64,000 bases of DNA from an uncultured Acidobacteriaceae bacterium (GCA_963750845.1 CAVVSP010000010.1:32932-96931), one strand, 5' to 3'; counted from the stretch's first letter, positions 21,501 to 31,916 are shown. The notes: a model not told the origin generated them from the letters alone. Numbers and translations are program-made.

Positions 21501-23132
21501 CACGAATTTGCGCAAGACAAGAGGGCCTTCTCCCTCAATCCGGAGAAGCAAAGTGACTACGAGCGTTTATGGGCAGAGCTCGGTGCGTCTGGGATTCATC
21601 CTGCGGGCGTGATCTGCCTCTGGACGATAGGCGACATCGCTGCTTCTGCGTTCGATAGCGTCGCCCGGTTGCTACAGAGCGCTCGGGCGACCCGCCAGCG
21701 ACTACTGCAGATTGAAGTTGTCATGGATCGTTTGGAGCAGGTTTTTGACGAAGTCACACAGAATGTGGAGAGCTCCGAAGTATGTGGTCTGATGCGTGTC
21801 GTCCCGCTCGAGTTTCCGGGAACACAATGCCGCACGATCGACGTTGACCTGGCTGCTGGCAATACCAACAAAATCGTCGAGCAGATTATTTCTGAGGTGC
21901 GCTCATCCGGCAGTGCAAGGACTATCGCCATTCGCGGAAATACGCGCTGGCGGAAAGAGTGGTCATCGGTTCCACTGCAGAAAGCGGCGACAGGTGCGTT
22001 CAAGCGGGGTGGAGTCTACCTCATCACCGGAGGGCTCGGTGGCATCGGTTATGTCATTGCACGGCATCTGCTGGCCAAGTACGCCGCCCGCGTTGTCATG
22101 ACGGGCAGAACGCCACTTCCTCCACGGGAACATTGGCGCGGCTTGCTGGAGGAGAACGACCCCGATGAAGAGATATCCAGCCGGATTCGGCGGATGCAGG
22201 AACTAAAAGAGCTCGAGCAGTTCGGAGGAGAGATCCAATATGTCACTGCCGATGTGGCGGATCGCGACGCAATGTCCAGCGTCCTGGCCCAGATGCTTCA
22301 GCGCTATGACAGAATCGACGGAGTAGTACACGCCGCAGGCCTGGCTGGAGGCAGGATGATCGCCGGCATTGATCTGGCGGAAGCTACCCAGATACGTCGT
22401 CCTAAAGTGCAAGGCAGCTTGGTTCTTGCGGATCTGCTGAAGGAAACCAATCTCGACTTCCTCTTGTTCTGCTCCTCCGTCAGCTCCGTGTTCCCCGGGC
22501 CAGGACAAGCGGCATATGCCGCCGCAAACGAGTTTCAAAATCATTTTGCATGGCATTGCCGAAAAGCCTACAGGCTGCCGGCAGTTGCCATCGATTTCGA
22601 CGCATGGCGGCAGGTCGGTATCGCTGCCACCATGGTCCTGCCGGAAGGTTTCGAAGATATCAAGCAAGCGCGAATTCGCACGGCGATGAGCCCCGAAGAG
22701 GGCATCGACGTCATCGAACGCGTTCTTTCAGGATGGCCAGGACCGCAGATCCTCACCTCGACCGTCGAATTGGAGAGTTTTAGCAGCAACCTGCCAGAGA
22801 CATTAGCGGCGTCATCGCTGGAGACATCCGTCTCACCCGAATGCAGTCCGGAGGTCGACGCTATTGTCGAGATATGGTCCGATCTCTTGGCTGACAAGAA
22901 CATTGGGCCGACCGACAATTTTTTTGAACTGGGGGGCCATTCGCTCCTGGGTACGATGATCCTCTCCCGGGTCCGCGAGCGTTTTGGAGTCGTGCTCACC
23001 CTGAGAACACTGTTCGAAGCGCCGACACCCCAGAGTTTCGCCGAGCAGATTCTTTTTGCGCGTGATCGGCAGACGCTGGCATTGACGTCTACTGAGTTGG
23101 AAGCCGAAGAACGAGAGGCCTTCGAGATTTAG
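18564..23132 (+). CDS. Hybrid-type PKS module KS-AT-KR-carrier protein, no thioesterase
   Basis: Post-NRPS KS signature NDKDFLASRVAYKLNL...VQTACSTS; AT FPGQGAQ, GHSLG, NAFH; KR GGLGGIG and YAAAN, no LDD; PCP-like carrier FFELGGHSL. Ends EEREAFEI. TGATG overlap with the NRPS gene. Confidence 0.94.
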   Translation: MTMPGSNASRNSSSSARPAPWNDGIAIIGMSARFPGARNVREFWKKLEAGESFVSDLSEDELRAAGVDPATLRRSEYVRRGSILEDAEYFDAKFFGFNRREAEITDPQHRVFLETAWQALEDAGYTGDGARIGVYAGVSVNSYFFQLMSHPDLVESVGGYQLMLGNDKDFLASRVAYKLNLQGPAVVVQTACSTSLSAVHLACLSIFANECDMALAGGVCIGFPQGTGYPYMPGMILSPDGYCRPFDKDAKGTVPGRGAAVVVLKRLSQALQDEDSIYAVIRGSAWNNDGAGKIGYTAPGVAGQAAVIREAQRVAGISANRIGYVEAHGTATELGDPIEVTALSEVFAGGKPASCVLGALKANLGHADVAAGVAGLVKTTLAIQAGVIPPTPNFQEAAPALGLDTGPFVVSASRRNWPDGEERWAGVSSFGIGGTNIHVVLSNAPVRPARPNTDRARLFPLSARTEGALTNVREQLAKHLEQSPEIDLAAVAATLQIGRRAFESRSATVAQSAAELVTKLRQPIATSPASGFVRSDVVFLFPGQGAQFAGMAAGLYRTDASFRRVVDLGAEIVREEFGLDLLKMIVDSESTGEYAEIIKETRVTQPLLFLVEYALATRWRTLGVEPGALLGHSLGELTAAAVAGLFSFEDGLRLAAERGRLMGQTPPGVMLAVTLAAESLAPYLGPELWLAAENGPKLSVVSGLPAAVQMLEEKLAKDRISFVRLASKNAFHSPLMADAAKAFREKVAAVPRKEPAIPWLSNVSGTWVNPTEAQNPQYWANQILSRVRFAKCLASLNDRARFLLEVGPGEVLIGMARHQTVKSIGAPSLGAENRKKSDDVIFLEAAARLWQAGINLVWPELHPGEKAQRVPLPTYPFEREKYWIGPAGKSIETKPIENAQPQRQFNAITTATLKKRPEISSWFYMPQWQSMPPSPVDPLHTTAKAVESWLILLDSSGLGQLLTDRLEQTGATVASVSLAHEFAQDKRAFSLNPEKQSDYERLWAELGASGIHPAGVICLWTIGDIAASAFDSVARLLQSARATRQRLLQIEVVMDRLEQVFDEVTQNVESSEVCGLMRVVPLEFPGTQCRTIDVDLAAGNTNKIVEQIISEVRSSGSARTIAIRGNTRWRKEWSSVPLQKAATGAFKRGGVYLITGGLGGIGYVIARHLLAKYAARVVMTGRTPLPPREHWRGLLEENDPDEEISSRIRRMQELKELEQFGGEIQYVTADVADRDAMSSVLAQMLQRYDRIDGVVHAAGLAGGRMIAGIDLAEATQIRRPKVQGSLVLADLLKETNLDFLLFCSSVSSVFPGPGQAAYAAANEFQNHFAWHCRKAYRLPAVAIDFDAWRQVGIAATMVLPEGFEDIKQARIRTAMSPEEGIDVIERVLSGWPGPQILTSTVELESFSSNLPETLAASSLETSVSPECSPEVDAIVEIWSDLLADKNIGPTDNFFELGGHSLLGTMILSRVRERFGVVLTLRTLFEAPTPQSFAEQILFARDRQTLALTSTELEAEEREAFEI

Positions 23133-23265
23133 TTGCGTTCTGACTGCCTGTGCTGAGATGAGTAGAGATCGAAAAGCATAATGGAGGCATCTGCCAGGGG
23201 CCAGTTCGAGCCACCTCATTACACCGCACTCCCCGATTGCAGTCGTGTCAAGTGACCTTAAGCGG

Positions 23266-24930
23266 CTAAAACTTCACGAGGATCGCAGCAGTCATCCGGT
23301 CTTCGCTGTTCCGAAGATCGGGGTCCATCCGGGGACCAGCGAACCCGGAGCCCCTGTATTGCCGCCCGGCGGGGTTATGCCACCAGGTCCTGAGAAGTAG
23401 GGGACGTTTGCAGCACGATGGTTATATTCCATCCGCCAAGTGATGTACTGGCTCGGCATGTAGTCGAAAGTTGTGGATGCATCCCACGCTTTGTATTTGT
23501 CTGCTGGATTTTCCGTAAAATATGGGGTGCCGGAGGTTGCAGTCGCGCCATTGATTGGCGGTAGCAGAACCAGATAGCGGCCCGGATTGTTGATCTTTCC
23601 GCCGCCGAGTGTTAGTCCGAACAAATCTTTATCGAACCACAAACGGTTATAGAGCATGAATCCAAGGAAGCTCTGCTTTGGCCCCTTTTTCGAAGTGCCT
23701 GCGCAACTTACTCCACCGCCGTGCTCGCAGCCAGCATCGCCCGTCAGTGAAAAAGCCGCTTTGTCCAGAAGCCGCGTAGGATTGTCGTAATACTTGTATT
23801 GAATGCTGTCATCGGTGTGATAACGAACGCGACCAGGCATATTGAGAACATCCTCACCCAATCCATATTGGTTGCCGAGAATGGAAAGCTTTCCATTCGG
23901 ACGCCATAGAATCTGGCCACCTATTCCTGGACGGTTGTTAAACCGGCCATAGGACTGCCAGCCGTTTACAAACCAAGGCTCGACCTTCAGCCTATCCGAA
24001 AGGAAAATCTGGGCGCGGACTCCCGTGAAGAACCAGGGCGTGTTTGAGGACACATAGGAAGGTTGATATGCCCAGTTGTCGAAGTTGTAATAACTGAACA
24101 ATCCCACGTATGACATGAAGATACCTGCATCGACGTTGATTCCATGAAGCGCATTAAAGTGGTAACCTCCGTATGCTTCTGAAAGGTAGCGGTACGCATT
24201 TACGAGGTCCCAGTTCCCGCGGGAATAGCTGGCGTCGTTGCGCGGCGTGGTTGTGGAGTACATGCCAAACTGGGTCAACACACGAGCGCGTACATTGTCA
24301 TAGTGGAAGTCCCCGCCAACACCCAGCTGGGTTAGCTGGACTTCATTCGCACGGAAAATCTCGCTTGATCCTCCGATAGTGTCGTCTTTCGGGTGCCTGA
24401 AGTCATATGTGTAGTCAACGTCGGCACGGATCTCGGGAGTGAAGAACTTAGAGTCAAAAGCAGCCTCCTTGGTGCGCGGATTGCCGTTCAACCAGGTGAA
24501 GTCCGCAAAAGCAAACGGCGCTGACGCTGACTTCTCGGCAGAGACCTTTCCGGAAATGCGGGATTTCATAACTGCTTCAGAGACAGGCATGTCTGAGGTA
24601 TCAACGGTGATCGCAGGCGTGCTCGGCTTCGCAGAAGATGAGATTCCTGCAGGGACCTTCGCGGAGGCAGCTGAAGAATTGTCCGGCTCCTCTGAGAGCT
24701 TGTTCTCAAGAGCGGTAAGCCGCGCTTTCATCTCATTGATCTCGACGAAGCATATCTGCGCGGCTTTCCGTTGCCGCTACCGGCTGCATCGAGCCGTTTT
24801 CGGTAGTGTTGGCGGCAGTCGCAGGGGTCGGCGGCGTGATCTGCGCGAGAAGAGACACAGATGAGACGATAATCAACGTTATATTGACAAGAACTCGAAG
24901 GGGCGAGAACTTGCGACACCTGTATCTCAT
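23266..24930 (-). CDS. Outer-membrane beta-barrel protein (putative porin); two apparent single-base indels
   Basis: GAGGAG RBS precedes the ATG at 24930, followed by a signal peptide (..VSLLAQ). Removing one base near 24745 joins ADMLR to EINEMKARL. The body is aromatic/Gly-rich and beta-strand-like. Adding one C at 23320-23323 gives the terminus WTPDLRNSEDRMTAAILVKF*, with the terminal Phe typical of OMPs. Confidence 0.8.
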
Positions 24931-25010
24931 ATATCTCCTCAAGATCTTTCGCTCGGCAACGGCGGTCGTGCGCGTAGCACGAACAAACACTTTCAATCTA
25001 CGTCTCGGGT

Positions 25011-25028
25011 CATAAGGGAGGTGTAAGG
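25011..25028 (-). promoter_or_regulatory. Putative KdpE (OmpR-family) binding site upstream of the beta-barrel gene
   Basis: Minus strand reads CCTTACA-CCTC-CCTTATG, a direct repeat with 11-bp period about 80 bp before the start. A near-identical element lies upstream of the kdp operon. Confidence 0.6.
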
Positions 25029-25148
25029 AGGAGCAATATTATGTGATCGCCGGCGAAATGCTCGCCCGGGCTGACAGGGTATGTTGCGTGCGCTGTCTGC
25101 GCTGGGGCTAAACCTCACGATGACGGTTCACACGAAATTCTGATTACT

Positions 25149-26649
25149 ATGAAGAGAGCGATGCCGCACAAGTTAAACAATATGTATGGATCGGCTCCCC
25201 ATCGCAGGTTCGGGACTAAGACGATGCGGATCTGTATCGCTCTTTTGAGCGCGGTTCTTGTTATGGGCACCGCCTGCGTTGCCTTCGCGATGCGCTTCAA
25301 TCTATCTACCGCAGGTTCGCTCGAATTGCTCGTCATCGTGCTGATTGCTCTGGCGCTGGGGTCGTTTTCCTGCCACGATTGCATCTGTTGTTGCTGTCTT
25401 TTGCCTCAACTACCTCTTTATTCCGCCGTTCTTGAAGCTCACCGTGGCTGAGCCTGAGAATTGGGTCTCTCTTCTCACGTTTGAATCCACCGCACTCTTG
25501 GTCGGGGCGCTGTCATCGAAAGCGCGGATCAATGCAGCCGAGGCCGATCTTCAGAGGCAGCGAACAGCAAAGCTTTACGAACTTAGCCGCGCGATTCTGC
25601 TACTTGACTGGCGAAACTCTACCGCAGGTCAACTCGCTTCACTGATCCGGGAGATGGTTGGGGTGGAGTCGGTCGATCTTTGGGTGACCCACGATCCAGC
25701 TCGCATTTCGACGGAGCAGGAGGATCTCCTGTCGGAAGGTTCAGCAGAGCGAACGTATAGTGAGGAAGAGACAGCGACGATCTTAGACCTTGGTACGTCC
25801 AGACGCATGCTCCGCCTGGGTACGACACCAATTGGGGCCATGGTTCTGCGTGGCTGGGACATAGATCCGCTCCTAGCAGATGCGGTCGCCTCACTCGCTG
25901 CTATTGCGTTCGAGCGAGCGCGGTCTCTTGAGAATGAAAAACGGGCCGAAGCGAGCCGCAACATCGAGCAACTGCGAACCGCTGTTCTGGATGGCCTGGC
26001 ACATGCTTTCAAGACGCCTCTTACGGCGATCCAGGCGGCGAGTTCCGGTCTCCTCGCGATTGGGCGGATGACGGAAACGCAGACGGAACTCGTCTCCATT
26101 ATTGATGGGGAAGCAGGAATGCTGAATAAGCTGGCCTCGCGGCTCCTGCAGACCGCTGCGCTTGAAGCGAAGCAAGTTCGGCTGAGCCGGTCGAAGTTCT
26201 CCGCCGTGGCTCTAGTGGAGAGCCTGGTGCAGACTCAGGAGCAGGCTGTCCGGGATCGTATCGACGTGATTGCGGCGTCGCCGGTGATTTCAGTAGAAGC
26301 AGATGCAGAGTTGATCCGGCTTGCGGTGTTGCAGCTGGTGGACAATGCGGTCAAGTATTCGAAGGTGGATAGCAGAATCCAAGTATCGGTAACACAAGGA
26401 GATGTCGAAACGCTGATCAGCGTCGTCAACTCAGGCGGTGGTATTCGAGCCGAGGAGCGCGATCGAGTTTTCGAGCGTTTTTACCGCGGTGCGGATGCTG
26501 TTCGCGGCCCCGCCGGCACCGGACTTGGGCTCTCGATCGTCAAGAAGATAGCCGATGCGCATCAGGGCCGTACCTGGGTGGAATGCGAAGGGGACAGGAC
26601 ATCTTTCATATTTGCCCTGCCGAACCATAGGGGAGTTAGCAATGGATAG
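25149..26649 (+). CDS. kdpD: KdpD-like sensor histidine kinase (4-TM, GAF-like, HisKA, HATPase) lacking the N-terminal KdpD/Usp domains; one apparent indel near 25352
   Basis: Removing one G joins VLIAL to RWGRFPATI. TM motif LNYLFIPP...ENWVSL; H-box AHAFKTPL; N-box DNAVKYS; VFERFYRG and GTGLGL. Start is 25149 or 25224. Overlaps kdpE. Confidence 0.8.
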
Positions 26650-27349
26650 TACGCAGGGAACCGTTCTCCTTGTTGAGGACGACACATCGATACGGCGTGG
26701 ATTGCGCGCTACGCTCACGGCGCTGCAATTTGAGATTGGCGAAGCCTCCACCGGGGAAGAGGCCCTGATGCGCCTGCGAATGGTTGACTACGATGCCGTG
26801 TTGATGGATCTGAACATGCCCGGGATTGGGGGAGTCGAAGCATGCCGCCGGGCCAGGAGGGAGTTTCCCCAGATTTCAATTCTTGTCGTGACGGTTCGTG
26901 ACAACGAAGAGGATAAGGTCGAAGCGCTTGACGCCGGAGCGGATGACTACATCACCAAACCATTTCAGATGCGTGAACTCGCGGCGCGAATCCGTGCCGC
27001 AGTGCGTCGCCGGCGCACCCCACCAAATCCTTTGGAGAAACCGATCCATGTGGGCGACTTCGAGCTGAACCCTGGGAAGCGGCTGATCAAGAAGAAGGGC
27101 CAGGAGATCCGGCTCACTCCGACCGAGTTCGATTTGCTGCACGTCCTGATGGCCAATGCGGGCCACCCGATGCCGCATGCAAAGCTACTGCATGCCGTCT
27201 GGGGTCCGGAGTATGGAGAAGAGCGCGAATACCTCCGCACCTTTATTCTTCAACTACGACGTAAGCTCGAAGATGATCCATCCGACCCCGCTTATCTGAA
27301 AACCGTGGCCTATATTGGCTATGTCTTCTCGGATCCCACCGAGGATTAG
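26642..27349 (+). CDS. kdpE: OmpR-family response regulator KdpE
   Basis: VLLVEDD, MDLNMPG, ALDAGADDYITKPF; winged-helix part LTPTEF...VWGPEY...YLRTFILQLRRKLEDDPSDP; kdp context. Confidence 0.9.
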   Translation: MDSTQGTVLLVEDDTSIRRGLRATLTALQFEIGEASTGEEALMRLRMVDYDAVLMDLNMPGIGGVEACRRARREFPQISILVVTVRDNEEDKVEALDAGADDYITKPFQMRELAARIRAAVRRRRTPPNPLEKPIHVGDFELNPGKRLIKKKGQEIRLTPTEFDLLHVLMANAGHPMPHAKLLHAVWGPEYGEEREYLRTFILQLRRKLEDDPSDPAYLKTVAYIGYVFSDPTED

Positions 27350-27409
27350 TACGGTGTCGGCGTTCTAGCTAGTATCTCTCGTGGCCGCACGTTCTCACAT
27401 TTGAAGAAA

Positions 27410-27988
27410 TTAGCGATTCGCGAGAGGCGCGGTTCTGTCCAAGTCCAAATTTAACTGGAGCACATTGACCCGTGGCTCTCCAAGAATGCCCAGCTGACGA
27501 TTCAATGTGTGACGTGCCACAATCTGCCGCACAGCATCCTCACTCAGATGACGCAGATTGGCAATGCGTGCCACCTGGAAGTTCGCAGCTGCCGGCGTGA
27601 TGTCCGGATCGAGCCCTGAGGCAGATGCAGTTACCAGATCGATGGGCACCTCGGCGCCCGGGTGGTTAGTCTGTTCAGCGGCTACGTCACCTGCAACTCT
27701 GCTTACAAGCTTCTTGTTGGTAGGTCCGTAATTTGACCCCGAGGACGAAGAGGCATCGTAACCACTGCCGGCCGCCGATGGGCGGCTGTGAAAGTACGCG
27801 GGGCCGGTGAACGCCTGTCCCAGTATGCCTGATCCGACTAGCTTGCCACCGCGGATGATTAACTGGCCATTGGCCTTATTCCGGAAGAGCACTTGCGCGA
27901 TGCCAGTGACAGCGTAGGGGTAGCCGATGCCGAGCACAATCGTACCCAGAACGGTGTAGAGTACGGCGGTCATGATATTTCGACGCAT
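27410..27988 (-). CDS. kdpC: K+-transporting ATPase subunit C
   Basis: YFHSRPSA, SASGLDPDI and LGEPRVNVLQLNL motifs. Confidence 0.97.
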   Translation of the reverse strand: MRRNIMTAVLYTVLGTIVLGIGYPYAVTGIAQVLFRNKANGQLIIRGGKLVGSGILGQAFTGPAYFHSRPSAAGSGYDASSSSGSNYGPTNKKLVSRVAGDVAAEQTNHPGAEVPIDLVTASASGLDPDITPAAANFQVARIANLRHLSEDAVRQIVARHTLNRQLGILGEPRVNVLQLNLDLDRTAPLANR

Positions 27989-27999
27989 GATGTGTCCTT

Positions 28000-30045
28000 C
28001 TATGCGAGGTGAAGGGACGTGATAATGACATCGATGAACTTGATGCCAATGAACGGGACGATGACGCCTCCTACTCCATAGATCAGGAGGTTGCGGCGAA
28101 GGAGCGCTTCGGCGCTCATGGCTTTGTATCCAACGCCGCGCAAGGCGAGCGGAATCAGCGCGATGATGATGATGGCGTTGAAGATGACTGCCGAGAGCAC
28201 CGCTGACTCCGGCGTCTTGAGATGCATGATGTTGAGCGCGTTCATAACCGGGAAAGCGACGGAAAACATTGCGGGAATAATGGCGAAGTATTTCGCGACA
28301 TCATTTGCAATGGAAAAGGTAGTCAGGGCGCCGCGCGTCATCAAGAGCTGCTTGCCGATCTCGACGATCTCAATCAATTTCGTCGGATTCGAATCCAGGT
28401 CCACCATGTTGCAGGCTTCCTTCGCCGCCTGCGTTCCGCTACTCATGGCGACACCGACGTCAGCTTGAGCAAGCGCCGGCGCGTCGTTCGTGCCATCCCC
28501 GGTCATCGCGACTAGCTTGCCCTGGGCCTGTTCCCGCTTGATCAGATCCATCTTGTCTTTTGGTTTCGCTTCCGCGAGGAAATCATCCACTCCGGCTTCC
28601 CGTGCGATTGCCGCAGCGGTAAGCGGGTTATCGCCCGTGATCATCACCGTCCGTATGCCCATGGAGCGCAGTTGCGCAAAGCGCTCCTTCATGCCACCTT
28701 TCACAATGTCTTTCAGATGGATGACGCCTAGCGCTCGACGGTTCTCGGCGACCACGAGCGGAGTACCCCCGCTACGAGCAATAGATTCGACGGCCTGACG
28801 CATCTCGCCGGGATACTGACCGCCACCCTCATGAAGAAACCGAGCGATGGCATCGGCAGCGCCCTTGCGGATAACGCGGCCATCCAAGTTAACGCCGGAC
28901 ATGCGTGTGATGGCGCTGAACGGAACGAACTCGGCCTGGTGTTCCGCAAGTTCCCGCCCTCGCAATCCATAGAGCTCTTTGGCGAGTACAACAATCGACC
29001 TGCCCTCCGGCGTCTCGTCGGGTAAGGAAGAGAGTTGAGCTGCGTCGGCGAGCTGATCGGCGGTCACCCCGGGCGCGGGAATAAACTCCGATGCTTGGCG
29101 GTTTCCCAATGTGATCGTGCCGGTCTTATCCAGCAATAGCGTATTTACGTCGCCAGCGGCCTCGACCGCACGACCGGACATGGCGAGCACATTGTGTTGT
29201 ACCAAGCGATCCATTCCAGCGATACCGATGGCGGAGAGCAAGCCGCCGATCGTTGTGGGGATAAGACAGACCAGCAATGAGATGAGAACGAATATTGACT
29301 GTGATGCGCCGGAATAGATCGCAAATGGTTGAAGCGTGACGACGGCAAGCAAGAAGACGATTGTGAGACCGGCGAGAAGAATATTCAGTGCGATTTCATT
29401 AGGGGTCTTCTGGCGCGATGCCCCTTCGACGAGTGCGATCATTTTGTCGAGGAACGTCTCACCGGGGTTCGAGGTAATACGGACTTGGATTTGGTCGGAT
29501 AGCACGCGGGTGCCACCGGTGACGGCAGAACGATCCCCGCCTGCCTCACGAATTACCGGGGCAGATTCACCCGTGATTGCGGACTCGTCTACAGACGCAA
29601 CTCCGTCAATGATTTCCCCATCGCCGGGAATCAGCTCCCCTGCACTGACAAGAACAACGTTCCCCTTGCGCAGGAGGGAACTTGGGACATCTTCAACAGC
29701 TCCGGATGCAGTCATGCGATGCGCTGTGGTTTCAGATTTGGCACGTCGCAGCGTATCGGCCTGAGCTTTGCCTCGGCCCTCCGCCATAGCCTCAGCGAAA
29801 TTGGCAAACAGAACCGTGAACCAGAGCCACAACATGATCTGACTCTCAAAGAGCAGGCCATGTCGATGTGCAAGGAAGTCACGGATTAGATAGACCAGAG
29901 TGATGACACTCCCTATCTCAACAACAAACATGACGGGGTTTTTCATCATGGTGCGCGGATTCAACTTCCGCACCGAGTCGAATGCAGCCTGGCGAACGAT
30001 CTTCGCGTCCCAAAGGGAGCGTCGCTTCTCTCGTGACATAGACAC
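28000..30045 (-). CDS. kdpB: K+-transporting P-type ATPase subunit B
   Basis: [48 protein letters not shown]. Confidence 0.98.
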   Translation of the reverse strand: MSMSREKRRSLWDAKIVRQAAFDSVRKLNPRTMMKNPVMFVVEIGSVITLVYLIRDFLAHRHGLLFESQIMLWLWFTVLFANFAEAMAEGRGKAQADTLRRAKSETTAHRMTASGAVEDVPSSLLRKGNVVLVSAGELIPGDGEIIDGVASVDESAITGESAPVIREAGGDRSAVTGGTRVLSDQIQVRITSNPGETFLDKMIALVEGASRQKTPNEIALNILLAGLTIVFLLAVVTLQPFAIYSGASQSIFVLISLLVCLIPTTIGGLLSAIGIAGMDRLVQHNVLAMSGRAVEAAGDVNTLLLDKTGTITLGNRQASEFIPAPGVTADQLADAAQLSSLPDETPEGRSIVVLAKELYGLRGRELAEHQAEFVPFSAITRMSGVNLDGRVIRKGAADAIARFLHEGGGQYPGEMRQAVESIARSGGTPLVVAENRRALGVIHLKDIVKGGMKERFAQLRSMGIRTVMITGDNPLTAAAIAREAGVDDFLAEAKPKDKMDLIKREQAQGKLVAMTGDGTNDAPALAQADVGVAMSSGTQAAKEACNMVDLDSNPTKLIEIVEIGKQLLMTRGALTTFSIANDVAKYFAIIPAMFSVAFPVMNALNIMHLKTPESAVLSAVIFNAIIIIALIPLALRGVGYKAMSAEALLRRNLLIYGVGGVIVPFIGIKFIDVIITSLHLA

Positions 30046-30047
30046 TC

Positions 30048-31824
30048 CTAAAAGGTCCTTCCCGCATGCAGTAGCAGGTGTTCAAGAATAGGTCCAAGGC
30101 TGAGTGCTGGGAAAAAGGTGAGCGCGCCAACGATAAGGATGACGCCCACGAGCAGCACTGTGAATAGAGGCGTGTGCACTGGGAACGTTCCTTGCGAGGC
30201 TGGGACGCTCTTCTTTTGCGCCAGATTTCCGGCAACCGCCAACATAGGGATGATCATGAGGAAGCGGCCAACTAACATGGCCATTCCGAGCGAGAGGTTG
30301 TACCAGTGCGTGTTGGCGCTAAGGCCGCCTAAATGCGGACCCGTTATTGCCCGTAGCAGAGGTGTAAGCATAAAGAATCTCGCTCAATCCATGAGGGCCG
30401 CCGTTACTGAGGCTTGAAAGGCCGAGTTGCGGCATGAGCAGGGACGCCGCGGTGAGAGCAAGGATCGAAAGCGGGAAGATAAGCACGTAGAGCATAGACA
30501 TTTGGACGTCGTAAGCCTGGATCTTTTTCCCCAGATATTCAGGTGTGCGCCCGACCATCAGACCAGCGATGAAAACGGCGAGTATGACAAAAATCAGCAT
30601 GCCGTACATACCAGCCCCGACGCCGCCGAAGATGATTTCACCAAGCAGTATGTTTGTAAGTGGGACCATCCCGCCCAAAGGCATGAAGCTGTCATGCATT
30701 GAATTCACAGCACCGCAACTCGCATCCGTCGTTACGGTCGCAAAGAGGGCGGAATTGGCGATGCCAAAGCGGACTTCTTTACCCTCCATGTTGCCGCCTG
30801 CTTGAAGAGCGGATGCATGCTGGTCAACGCCATGGAAAAGAGGGTTCGGCTTCGACTCGGCTGAATAGGCGACAAGGACGCCCGCAAAAAACAGCACTGC
30901 CATTGCAGCAAAGACGGCCCAACCGTGTCGTGGTGAACCTGTCAGGCGACCTAGAGTAGCAGTAAAGCCCGCCGGTATGAGGAAGATCGAGAACATCTCC
31001 ACAAAATTTGACAGTGGCGTTGGATTCTCAAAGGGATGGGCACTGTTGGCGTTAAAAAAGCCGCCTCCGTTGGTGCCAAGCATCTTGATCGCTTCCTGCG
31101 AAGCAACCGGACCCTGCGCAATAGTCTGCATAGTAATAATTTGGGTGCTGGGTATACCATTCGCCCCTGTGGCGGAGACGCGCTGTGGCTCAACTACAGT
31201 CGCCTGATCGTAAGGGCGGAAGTTCTGAACGACGCCCTGCGAGACGAGAAAAACCGCATACAGAAGACTGAGCGGCAGTAGCACCCAGAGAGTGGCGCGG
31301 GTCATATCGACCCAGAAGTTGCCGATAGTTTTTGACTCGCGGCGGCTGATGCCGCGAATAAAAGCAACTGCGAGCGCCATCCCGACCGCGGCGGAAAAGA
31401 AGTTGTGTGTGGCCAGCCCCGCCATCTGCGTGAAATAGCTCATGGTGCTTTCGGGGGTGTATGCCTGCCAGTTTGTGTTTGTAGTGAAGCTGGCCGCGGT
31501 GTTGAAAGCGAGGTCGGGTGCAACTGCGGCGAACTTCTGCGGATTCAACGGCAACAAGCTTTGCGCACGCTCAATAAAATACGTAAGTAGGAGCGAGGCC
31601 GCGCTGAATAGGAGCATCGCGATGGAGTACTCCGTCCAGCGCATCTCAATGCCAGGATCGACGCGCGTGGCCTTATAGATGAGTCTCTCAACAGGGGAGA
31701 GCAGCGGATCAAGCATGGTGTGTTCGCGTTGAAACACGCGAGCCATGTAGATGCCCATGGGCTTTACCGTGACAAGCACCGCACAGAAGAAGAGAAGGAT
31801 CTGAAGCCAGCCGTTCTGGGTCAT
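30048..31824 (-). CDS. kdpA: K+-transporting ATPase subunit A; one apparent extra base near 30330
   Basis: Pore loops TNTNWQ, GTNGGG, SCGA and NNGS. Removing one base joins NNGSAF to [11 protein letters not shown] and the C-terminal ORF ending LGPILEHL. Confidence 0.95.
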
Positions 31825-31826
31825 GA

Positions 31827-31916
31827 TCAGAATTGTTCCGGGCGCAACAGCGCGTAAACCAGGTAGACGAGAAGAGCAAGCGTGACGGCAAGCAGAAGTA
31901 TTGACGAGGCTGTCAT
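31827..31916 (-). CDS. kdpF: KdpF small subunit (29 aa; not in the ORF track)
   Basis: Hand translation MTASSILLLAVTLALLVYLVYALLRPEQF* carries the YLxYALLRPExF signature and ends 2 nt before the kdpA start. Confidence 0.93.
   Translation of the reverse strand: MTASSILLLAVTLALLVYLVYALLRPEQF

Noticed and set aside
23133-23265. Intrinsic terminator or ncRNA between the PKS and the porin
   Set aside because: Only a weak, interrupted inverted repeat with no U-tract.
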